64,000 bases of DNA from Lama guanicoe (Eukaryota): assembly GCA_013239625.1 (NCBI GenBank), contig MU053629.1, positions 3,685,567-3,749,566 of the forward strand. The letters run 5' to 3'. The first letter of the stretch is position 1, and the number at the start of each line of letters is the position of its first letter. This document shows positions 40,801-52,800 of this stretch, piece by piece. Below the pieces are notes generated by a model. That model saw nothing but the letters and a program-made list of their open reading frames with translations, was not told the DNA's origin and did no database searches. The position numbers and the translations under genes were made by a program.

Positions 40801-43800
40801 TTAGTAGTTAATAGTTAACAGTTCTTTCGCCTTTTGTACTGAAGCATTTGGGTTTTATTCAAATGATGGAGTCCCCTCTTTCCAGGTGAGTCAGCTGCCA
40901 ATTTATCCCAAATACGTATATAATCAGCTTGTTAATAAATGGGATTTTGACTGATGCTAAAGATTAATGAGCATGGGTTTCAAGAATTTTATATTTCAGT
41001 CATATTAGCTCTACTCTACAAATAGAATCTCATAGTGAGTAGGGGAGCCCGTTTTAATGCAGTAGAAATTCCAGATGTCTTAGGTTGACGTACAAAGCCA
41101 GTTATAGCCAGTCCCTACCCTGCTTCGTTCTTTTTTTTTTTCTTTAAATAGCTCTATTGAAATATAAAGTACATCCCATAAAATTCACTTATTTTAAGTG
41201 TACAGGTCAGTGGTTTTTAGTGTACTTACAAAGTTGTACAACCATGATCATATTTAATTTTAGAGCATTTTCATCACCCCAAAAAGAAACCCCATTAGCA
41301 GTTACCTCCCGCCCCTGACAGCCCCTGGCAGCACTAATCTACCCTCTGTGATACTTTGTTCCTTTTTATTAGCGAATAACATTCCAGGGTATTGATATGA
41401 TGCATTTTGGTTATCCATTCACCAGTTGATGGACATTTCAGTTGTTTCTAGTTTTTGGCTTTTTACGAACAATGCTGCCATGCATAGTCACGTAATAAGT
41501 TTTTATGTGACATGTTTACATATCTCTTGGGTGGAGTTGCTGGGTCATATGGTAACTCAACGTTTAACCTGTAGAGGAACTGCCAAGCAGTACCTTTTCC
41601 AAAGTGACTGCAACATTTTACGTTCCCACCAGCCGCCTACGAGGGCTCCAGTTTCTCCATATCCTTGCCGATCCTTGGTACTGTCTTTTCTGTTGTTCTT
41701 ATGGCCATCCTAGTGGGGATGATGTGGTACCTCATTACGGTTTTGATGTGCATTTTCCTGATGGTTCATGACATTGCCCATCTTTTCATATTCTTATCAG
41801 CTCCTACTTATCTTACTTATTATTTATTTCTTTGCACTTAATCTCACGCCCTGCTTTGCCATGTTGTGCTCTCTGCTTGTGTAGCTCCAGTCCCTCACAC
41901 TGTCACCTTCTGATGTGTGTGTGTGTGCCTTGATCTGCCTAGTGTGCCCTTCTGCTGTCTCTTTGCTGGGTTGGCATCTGTGACATCTTCTCCGCTTCCA
42001 TCAAATTATTTCCCACTTGAGTAGAGAGCTCTTCCCTCAAATTCAGTGTGTCCAAAATGAAACTTGAAATCCTCTCCAGACTAAATCCCTTTAAAAAGAC
42101 CCCCATTTCTTTCTGTGATTTCACCATTCCTTCAATTTCCCAGGCTAGAAACCTTCTATTTTACTTCAGTAAGGACAGCCTCTGCCACCACCACTAACTA
42201 CCCCAGCTAGGAGCTGCCACTCTGCTGTGCGCCCAGCATGTGGTGCTAGACAGTTCGGTGCTTTTGCCTAAGCTATCAGCAGTGGGTAAGTGGAAGAGCT
42301 GGCTTCAAACTCATTCACATACATGTCTGTCTGTCTGACTTGAAAGTCCATGCTTTGCTATAACCTCCCTTATATAAAGTCATACTCTTAGCTGTGCACG
42401 TGGCCATAGTCTCTCCAAGTTCAATCCCCTGCATTTTTTCAAATGGGTAGGATGTTTCCTTTTGTCTTATTCCTCATATATTTCTGTCTGTCTGTCTCTA
42501 TTTCTCTTTCTCTCTCTGCTTCTCAAATACACTGTTTTTGTTTTTTCTTTTGAGGTTTTCCTACCTGTGCCCGTCTTAGTTAACACCCTTACCAACTCCC
42601 TCCTGGACCACACTAATGATCCTTCATTATTTCTCAACAGGGACTCACATTCAGCGTCTTGGGCAGAATCATCCCTTGTGCTTTGAGACCATTGTACGCA
42701 TTGCAAGATGTTTAGCATCCTTAGCTCCCACCCATCTAAATGCCTGAAGTGCGCCTGTACACACAGTCCTTGTGGCACCAAAAATTATCTTCACATTTTC
42801 CCAAAGACCCCCCTGGGGAGAGGAGGATGATCTCACTTCTTTTGAGAAATGTTGTACTTTCTCTTTTCCTTAGAATCTATCCGGGTATTTCTGACAGAGG
42901 AATTCTTAGCTGCTTGATCATGTCATTTTCCTGCCAAAAACCAACAATGGCTGTTGTCTTCCATGTGAAATAACAAAATCTTTTTAAGTTTTAAGATCAC
43001 TTAATCTTAGGCGTTCCTGTCCAACCCCTATTCCTTGTAATCTTATTTATTTATTTTTTTGTAAGTTGGATCCGTGTCGTCCTGTTTCCCACTGTTGCCT
43101 GCATGTCTTCCTCAGCCTGTTGGAATCGTCCCACCCTCTTCATCTTACTCCCTACTCTTTCTCTGCTCTGTAGCCAGTGGTCCCCACATTTGAGTTGAGC
43201 TGGTGAGCTGACGTTTCACATTGTTCCTCTGGCTCTTTCGGCCTGTCTTGACCTCTTTCCTTACTTCAGTTTAGATATTATACATATAGGCATACACATA
43301 CATGTTACTTTCACATTAACTTCCATTCAGTCTCGCATTTTTCATTGCCCAGGTATTTCATCTGTATTATCAGTCCTTAACCAAAATTAGGAGCATCTTC
43401 AAGGCAGGCTCATTGCTCTTGTATCCTCGGTAGCACCTGTGCGCACGTAATGAGAGTTCCCAACACCATCCTTGGCATCAGACTGCTGGGTATGTGTCCT
43501 GGCACAGTTACTGTGTGACCTTCAGCAAGTTAATTAACCTCTCTTAGGCTCAGTAAAATGAGAGTAATAGTAGTATCTGCCTCATAGGGGTTTTGTGGGG
43601 ATTAAATAACATACTGCATTGTGAAACACTTAGAACAGTTCCCAGCATCTGATTAAACATGCAAGATATATATCGACTAATATTATTGAATATGTCTTAC
43701 TGATTAAGCTATATCTTCTGCTAACAAGTTTTGGGTTTTTCATTTTTTTTTTTTTTTAATCTCTTACAGGTTTTGGCTGATGGTTTAAGGACTGGTGTAA

Positions 43801-46800
43801 CTGAATGGCCTGAGCCCCTGGAAACAAAATCTGCTGTTGAACTTGTGCAGGAATTTCTGAATGGTGTTTGTTTTCCTAACTCACACTTTTTTTTTTTGGT
43901 TTATTTTTCTTAATTGATGATTTATACTTGCTGTTTAAATATAAGTTGTCCCTTCAGGCTTGGTATGCTTTTCGGTTGGGATAGAGATAAAGCTATGAGG
44001 TCTGTCATGGTGAGAGGGACAGCTTTTGTTCTAAATTGCTAACGATAAAGTAATTTTAAGAATTAATAATATGTTTTTAGTGGAGAGGGTATAGCTCAAG
44101 TGGTAGAGCGCATGCTTAGCATGCATGGGGTCCTGGGTTCAATCCCCAGTACTTCCTCTAAAAAATAGATAAGTAAACTTAATTCCCCCCAAAAATAAAT
44201 AAATTAATTAAGGCTTTAAAAGTTTTAAATTTATATATCATGTACTGCAGTCATATTTGAGATTGTAGGAGAAGAGGGATGGAATGGTACCTCTGAGCTC
44301 CCACCATGTGCCTGACGTTTTGTGCCAGGGGCTTTCATTGCACCTCAGTGCATCCTCACTGCCCTACCTAGTGGGGATCTGTTATAGCCTTGTTGGAGAG
44401 TTAAGCAATTTGCTAACATCCCCAGTTATATTTCTACTATGCTTATTTGCCATTTGAAAATAGGATTAGGCTAGAAATAAGTTGGAAAGCAGAAAAATAA
44501 ATTCAGAGTTAATAAGCTTTTGCCACTTTCTAGACTTAAATAAGCTGGATGAACTTGGTGATTCTACAAAAAAAGACACAGAGGTAAGTGATTGTTATTA
44601 GAAAAATACACTGAAATAGCTTTTAAAGTCTAGTTGCACTCTTGTCTTTTATGTCCTACTGTCTCAAATGGATCTGGTCCAGGCAAGACGATGTTTTGAG
44701 GGTAGCTTTTGCTTGGTCTTTAAAGTCAGCACTGGTGATTGTTCTGCCTGAGAACTGATGAATATTTTTAAAGAGAACTAATATGCATTGATTATTAATT
44801 GCTTAACTGCAGTGAAGTAGAAATGGATATGTTAACATACTATGAGGTGATATTACTGTAGTATGTGAAAAATGCTCTGAGATGTTTTGTTAATATGCCA
44901 CAGGTGGTATTAAATTGAGCTAAATATGTTACCATTTGACAACTAGGAGAATGGAGACAAAGGTGTTTTAATTAAATATTTTCACATGGAAGGAAAGTTG
45001 AATGCTTGATTGAGGCATCACCCTTTAAGAACAATTTTAGGGGTCCAGTTTCTCACTGTCTGTGGATTTGTAGCTCCTTATTAGTGAATGAGGTTACAGA
45101 AGATGCATTCATGTCTCTGTATGTGCTCGTGATTCCGCATTTTCTCAGAGCGGCATTTGAAAACTTATTGGCATTCAACTGTTTCACTTTTGAAAAAATA
45201 AACGAGTATTTCTGACGCTGACTTCTCTTCCAGACAGTGAAGCACGACTCCGCAGCAGTTGATCGGTCCATGGAGTGTCTTCTCACAGTGCGGGGTGACC
45301 TGGATTTTGCTGAGCAGCTGTGGTGTAAAATGAGCAGTAGTAAGTGTCCATCAGGACTGGGAAATAAAATGTTTCCTGTTATCCTTAGGTTTACTTTTAA
45401 GTCTTTTGGAAATAATACAGTGTGCACTGCTAGTCTTGTGTGGACATCTGGTTCCCATTTTATGAAATTCATGTCTAATAATACATTGGCACATTCTACT
45501 CAAGAATTGTCCTAAGACAAGGCAACTCGTAGAATCTCTTCTCCTGCCTGAAGTATAAGACTTAGATGGGGTCTTTTTGTTTTGTTTTGTTTTAATTTTT
45601 AATTTTTTTAAAATTAAAAAAAATTTTTTTTTTTTTTGGAAGCAGGAGGTAATTAGGTTTATTTATTTATTTATTTTTAATGGAGGTGCTGGGATTTGAA
45701 CCCAGAACCTTGTGACTGCTAGGAGCTATACCCTCCCACCAAGACTTAGGTGGTTTTTATGCTATATTTATATGAAACAAAATATACCTTAGTGAAATTA
45801 CAATTATTAGAAAGAGGAAAAGATATTTCATAATATTTTTCTAGGTATGTTATTTTATGGAAATGAGTTTAATTTCTCTCTTAAAAAATACATAAATTTT
45901 TTTTTTTTTTTTGGTTTTGGTTGCTTTCCTTGTCTCACATCCATAAAATTCAGATACTTATCTTCCACTTCATTTGTGTATCCTTAAGATTAATGACATA
46001 TTTGATCTGCAGAAGTAGCCATGAAAATAATGTTAGACTGACCTGTTTTCCAAGGTGTGGTTTCATATCAAGACCTGGTGAAGTGTTTCACATTGATCAT
46101 CCAGAGCCTCCAGCGCGGTGACATACAGCCATGGGTAGGTTTAGTAGTGTGTGTTAAACATATTCTCAGCAGCACAGCACAGTGGGTAAGGACTCAGGTT
46201 CTGGAGCAGACGGCCTGAGTTCGAATTCCAGCTCTGCTCCTTTCTAGCCATATAAACTCTGGCAGATTCTTTGGCTTCTCTGAGCCCCAGTTTCCTCATC
46301 TGTCAAGTTGAAGTAGGGAATGATAACTACCTCATAGTGTTGTTTTCGGATTAAATAATTTAATTCATGTGAAACACTTAGCACCGAGCTAGCTCATAGT
46401 TAAGTGCTCAGTGTTTGTAAGCTACTAATATTGTCATTACTTGAGATGAATGATCATTCTCATAGCTATTGATGAGAGTACAAATTGGAACAAAAGCAGT
46501 TTTGTTCCAGTTTCTCTTTAAAAAGCAATTCTGATAATGTCTTGAGATCTTCAAAATGTATCATGCCCTATGAATCTTTAGGATCCATCCTAAAGCCATT
46601 ATAGAAATACGTATCAAGATTTTATGTATCGGAATCATCATTACAGCCTCATTTATGATAGCAAAAATTATAAATGACCTAAATTTTCACCATTAATGGA
46701 ATACCTAAGTAAATAATGACATAGCCACATAATGGCACACGTAATAGTTGCTATAAATGGTGCTGACAGATGATGTGGAGAAATGCGTATAATACTTAGT

Positions 46801-49800
46801 AAAAAGGAAAGGATTGTACACTATTGTATTAAAAATACAAATTTTGGAGAGAAAAGCCTGGAAACAAAAATGCTAAAATGTGATAGCAGTCACCTCTGGA
46901 GACAGGATGAAATGAGAATCAAATGAGGTTCTCCAACTGTATTATGTATTTCTGTACTTTACGGATGTTCCGTAATGATTTTGTGCTTTTATAATCAAGA
47001 AAAACCAGAGTTACAAGCTAGAAACAAAAAGATTCCTCATTTAATAGGAATTATTTTAAATAACGCAGCTGCCAATTCATGACTACAAAACTTAGAAACT
47101 TTCATAGGTGTGAATAGAGAGATGCTTTGGAGCAGAGGCATGCAAACCCTCCCCCTATTTGGCTGTTAGTCATTCTAGGCGTTTTAGTCTTGGCCATTGA
47201 ATTTTTCTCTTGAGAGTTTCAGTGTTTCTGAGATACTTACACGTGTGCCCCTACCAAATACAAAAGATTGTGGTGGAAATTGGAGATAACAAAAAAGACA
47301 GTAGCAAGAAAGTGTCAGATATTTTGGTTTGGTTTAAAATTGTTTAACATTTGTAACCCATGTTAGATCTGTAAGTTCACAGCCCTCGTTAGTTCTCAAA
47401 GGACCAAGTTAATATGTGGGATATTATAGCCCATAAGGAGGTCCTTCTGACACGGACGTGGACCACTGCGGGAGCAGCAGCAGATCTGTAGTGTAGTTGA
47501 AGATGCTCAGTTTTGGAAAAGATGCCCAACAGCACTTAATGGGTCAGGAAGAGAGAATTCTTAGTTGTAAAGCTTCAAAGGACCAACTCTGCCTTCTCTT
47601 TGGGAGAATTGTGTCTTGGATGCGTTTAAACCCTTCTTAATTGCTTTGGACTTAAGCAAATGAGGTAGGAATGGCACTTTAGAAACTGATGGGTTTGTGA
47701 CTTGGAGGTTTTATTCAAACAATTTGTAGCGTCAGGAGATGAAAAATGTAAGCTTATAATTTTTAGCTTTTAGCTAATACAGTTTGCTTCTCTTTTGCTC
47801 ACTGGACTTCTTTTTTGTTTTTATTTGTGGTTTTATAAACTTTTCTCGATGCCTAGCTTCATAGTGGGAGTAACAGCTTGCTAAGTAAGCTCATTCATCA
47901 GTCTTACCATGGGCCCATGGACGTGGTTCCTCTCAGTGGGACTGTTCCAGTTCAGATGGTTTTGGAAATTGGTTTGGATAAACTGAAGAAAGACTACATC
48001 AGTTTTTTCATAGGTAAGTCCCTTTCCCAGCTCAAAAAATTGAAAGCTGCCTCACAGCTGTCAGCCATAGGAATTCTCAGATTTTATCTACATTTTCCGT
48101 TGTTGTTTGGAGTGCTGGCTTTGCCCCTGGTTCACCGTGAGACTTCCATTTTCTGAGCTTTGGTTTCCCCCCTGAATAAAGATATTAAAGATAACTATAG
48201 TTTTTGTTTGTCTTTAGATCAAACATTTTGAGATTCTATGAGGTTAGTGTAGTAAATAAAAAACTTTTATGAGATGCAATTTTAATACATATCACTTGGC
48301 TGATTTGATTAGGGGCAAACTGTGATCACTTTTAGAATAAATATTAGCATATGTATATGGTGTAATGTAGCAGAAAATTTGGCCTTTTGTGCGAAATTGT
48401 TTAGCTTGATGATTCCTTTCATGTATGAACTGTGAAATTGTTTTCTTAGGTGGCTTAACAGGTAATAGATAATGCCTAAAGCTTATGTGCATATATGTGG
48501 TTTTTTCTTGATAGGTCAGGAACTTGCATCTTTGAATCATTTGGTGAGTTTATTTTTTCATTCTGAAGTTGATTTTTTATTCAGTCATTCTGCATAACAT
48601 TATTAAGTGCCTACTCTGTGCCAGTCTCTGTCCTAGGTCCTAGGAAACAGATAAATAAGACAGTCAATTAATTATACTGTCTGGTAAGGCAGACCAAAAA
48701 AGTAGCCTATACAGTGTCATTTCTTGTTCTCTGTAAATTGATGATACTGACATAAAGTTGTATCCTGCTCAAGCCATTGCACCCCCCCCCAACTCTCATC
48801 TGTCTGAAATGGCAGGGAATGCCTTTCTTTGACAGGCCCTCTAAAGGAATATTTGCTTTATATTCACTTGACCCATTTCTGTTACACATTAAGGATTACT
48901 TTCCAAAGAATTCGCTATGCTCTTTAACATACTAATTCAAAAGATACTTGAGGGTTTCAGGGCCATGATCATGCGCTTTTGTGTTTTCTTCGTGTATTGA
49001 TTTAGAAAGTTAAGGAGATTGAAGGGCATCTGTACTGACCCTTGACATTTGTTGGAGGATTTTTTTAGAAAATGAATCTTCAAATGACATCTGGCTTCTT
49101 ATAAAAATACAAGATAGGAAACCTCTAGCTTTATCTGTTATGCAAAGGAAGATACAACTGGATTCTTTTGACACTGGTTTTTGCTATTCAGCTTTTAAAC
49201 ATTTTATTAAGAGTATATATTTTTAGTACAAATTTTTGGTATACATTTTTTAAATAACATTTTTGCAAATATACTCTTGATCTCATCACTCAAATGTGAG
49301 TACTTTTTTATGAATTCCCCTCAAGTCATTTCATATGCCTATTTTTAAAAATTCGGTTTGACTTCAGACTTGACACGGTAGTCCTTAAACTTTGACGGTT
49401 TCCTAGAAGGCTTATTAAAATGCTAATTCCTGGGCCCCAGTGACTCAGTAGGTCTGGGGCTCCAGAATACGTCTTTTATTGGAGGGTGAGGGGGTGGACG
49501 AACCCTTTGTGGCTTTATCAGATTCTCAGTCAGTTGCTTTTGGCTAGAACTAGGATATGCAGGGAAGAATGCATCTTTTTAAACAAACTATCTCCATCTC
49601 CGGGTGATTCGGATGCAGGGGATTTGCAGGTATGTTAGTTTTGTATTGCTGCCATAACAAATTATGACACACTTAGTGTCTTAAAACAACACAAATGTAT
49701 TACTTTATAGTTCTGTAGTTCAGAAGGCCAGGCTGGGTCTCACTAGGCTCAGATCAGGGCGTTGGCAGGCTGTGTCCTTGTCTGGAGCTCGTAGGGGAGA

Positions 49801-52800
49801 GTCCATTTCCTACTCCTTTGAGTTACTGGCAGAATTCAGTTCCCCGTGCTTGTAGGACTGAGGTCCCTTTTTCGTGCCGGCTGTAATCTGAGGGGTGTTC
49901 TCAGCTTACAAAGACCAGCCCATACCTTGGCTCCTGGCTCCCTTCCTCCATCTCTAAAGCCAGCTATATAGAGGGTCGAGTCCTTCTCATGCTGTATCCC
50001 TGCCTCCCTTGTCCGATTTTAAGAGCGCGTGTGATTGGGCTCACCTGCATAATCCAGGACACTTTCCCTATTTCAAGGTCAAATGACCTTATACGTCTGC
50101 AACCTTAATTCCTTTTTGCCATGAATGTAACATACCCGCAGGTTCCGGGGTTAGGACATGGATGTCTTCTGGGGGTGGTCGTCTGTGTAGCATGGCAGAC
50201 CACGCCTTGAGAAACCCTCATGAGGCTACACTGTCTCCAGGTAATCAGGCTGTGTCACCCAGGTCAACCCAGGTGGACCAGCCTGGGTTGTAGCAAGAGC
50301 AGAGAGAATCAGAGGGGAAAGGCACGCTGGGTCTGTTCCTTTGTGAGAAAGACCTGGGGCTGTCCACTTCTAGGGGACCGCTGGGAATACGGGTGGCAGG
50401 TGCGAGGAACGCTGTAGTCTGTAGCCAGTGGCGAGCGGGGCTGTGTTGGGCTGCTGCCTTCCTGGGCCCTTGCCTCTTCCCCTACTTGTGTTATTTTCAC
50501 ACTTTAGAATAACCTGTGTAAGACAAGAAATATGTCCCTGTATTTTGGATTTCATTATAGATGAATTTGCATTCAATTTGTCACATTTTGCCAAGCTTCT
50601 TTTAAACTATAATTTAGGATTATCCATGGATCTCTCCTACCTCCTTGCCACTACCCCCAATTAATTAAGAGATGGCTATGGCTTTTCCCTCACTGTGTTA
50701 GTTTTCTGTCGCTGCCTAACAAAATCTAAATGCTTAAATGAACACAGCTTATCTCACAGTTTTTGGGAGTTGGGCGCCTTTTAGCTGAGTCCTCTGCTCA
50801 GGGTGTCACAAGGCTGAGATCAAGGTGTCCTCTGGAGGCTTGACTAGGGAAAGACCCACTTTCAAGTTGCCTCACTTGTTGCTGGTGGAATTAATTTGCC
50901 TGTGGCCCTTTGATGAAGGTCCCCGTTTTCTTGCTAGCTGTTGGCCCAGGACCAGTCTCAGGTCCTAGAGGTTGCTTGTGGGTTCTGGCCCTGTGGCCCT
51001 CTCCACAGCATGGCAGTTTGTTTCTTTAAAGCCAGCAGGAGAGCATCTCTCATGCTTCACCTCCTTAAAGAGCTCATTCACTAGGTCATACTAACGACCA
51101 ATTCATTAATTCAAAGTCAATTAGTAGTAGGGGAGGGTATAGCTCAGTGATGGAGCGCATGCTTAGCATGCACACGGTCCTGGGTTCAATCAAAAAAAAA
51201 AAGGAAAGGAAAAAACCCAAAGTCCATCAGTAACCTTATCATGGAGGTAACATTCCATCACATTTACAGGTCTGGCCTCGCTCAAGGGGAAGGGAGTATA
51301 CAAGATACGTATTCCAGTGAGGGGCGAGTTGTGGAAGAATTCCACTGACCGTATCTATCATGGAATGTTTCCTTAGGACGGGTTCTCAGAAACAGATCTC
51401 GGCGTTTTATGATGCTTGGCGTAAGGCTGCCAAGTTTCTTTTTCAAAGAGTCATACCAGTAATACATGCTAGTGGAAGCTTGCTGATATACTTGCTTAAT
51501 TTATTGGTGCTTCAAGTTTACTATGTATTTTTAGGGGTGGGTACTCCCATCAACCTAGCAAGTGTGTTGAAGTTAAGAATGATCTTGTGGGTCTTGCCCC
51601 TCCTTCCATCTGGAGAGTTTGGTGGGTGGATCCTAGTTACCTCCTTGGGCCTCCTTGGTGAAGCAGTTCTGTGATTTCCCTTGGCCAGAGGATATGTGCT
51701 TGGCTCAGAACATTCTCAATGAGGACTTAGAGTTTACTTTGAGGAGTGGCATTGAAAGGAGGAAAGCTGTCTGGCTGCCTGCTGTCTTCCCCTGACCCCA
51801 CCCCAGGCCTGTTAATCAGTCGTGCACACGTAGGTCAAGTGGGCAAGTTACAGTCTTTCCAAAGATCCCACTTGTTCATTAATTCCCCGTTTTCCTTTCC
51901 CTTTTTTCATTTCAGGAATATTTCATTTCTCCATCAGTAGATACACAAGAACAAGTTTATCGTGTCCAAAAACTCCACCACATTCTTGCAATAGTAGTCA
52001 GTTGCAGGCTTTTCATCAAACCTCAACACGAGCTCCTCTTTTCCTTAACGCAGTAAGTGTCTCTCTCTTGTTGACTTACATTAAAATGTATTCTCTTCTG
52101 AAATAGTTGCAGCCAGATAAGCGCCTTTTTTTAAATTATCAGTGAGGATGGAATCTGTGCTCCCCGTCCTCACAGTAGCAGGATGGTTCTAAGTCCCTGC
52201 GGTGGGAGGACAGGCTTAGGATTCGGGAGGAATCAGGTTGGACACTTGGAGCTGGTCCATCCTGACTTTCTGAGGAAGTTGCTTTTCCCTGCAGCTTGTT
52301 TCATCTATAAAAAGGTTGGAATATATATAAAGTGCCTGACACTTAATAGATGCTTGATAAATAGTTCCTTCTTTTTTTTTTTTTCAAGTATTTTTTAGAT
52401 GTGGGAGGAAGGTAATTAGGTTTATTTATTTATTTGTTTTTAACGGAGGTACTGGGGATTGAACCCAGGACCATGTGCATGCTGAGCACCGACTCTACCA
52501 CTGCGCTACACCCTCCTCACCTTCTCTTTTCTTAACATCCTTGTAGAATTTGGGTCAAACTAATTGCCAGCCATCTGTATGGTAACTGAATGGAAGCAAA
52601 TTTTATTACCAGACCTCTGTCAATAGTAATTGCTGAAATTTTAGCAATCCTGTCGATTGGTTGGACTAAAAACAGGTGGGAATAATCCTTGCACATGGAT
52701 TGCTGGTGTCTTATGTGTATTTTTTTTAGACTTCAAACTGGAAGTGAACCGTTGAGTGGAAGGAATAGGTTTCTTTTTCCCTGTAGAAGGAGATACACCA

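Noticed and set aside
44081..44155. tRNA-Ala-like sequence
   Set aside because: It is the head of a repeated SINE with an A-rich tail and no intact acceptor stem, so it is not called as a tRNA gene. The same applies to the other copies.
52041..52049. Perfect U12 branch-point motif TTCCTTAAC
   Set aside because: It lies inside ZWILCH coding exon 15 (codons F-S-L-T), and the upstream donor is U2-type, so it is probably coincidence.
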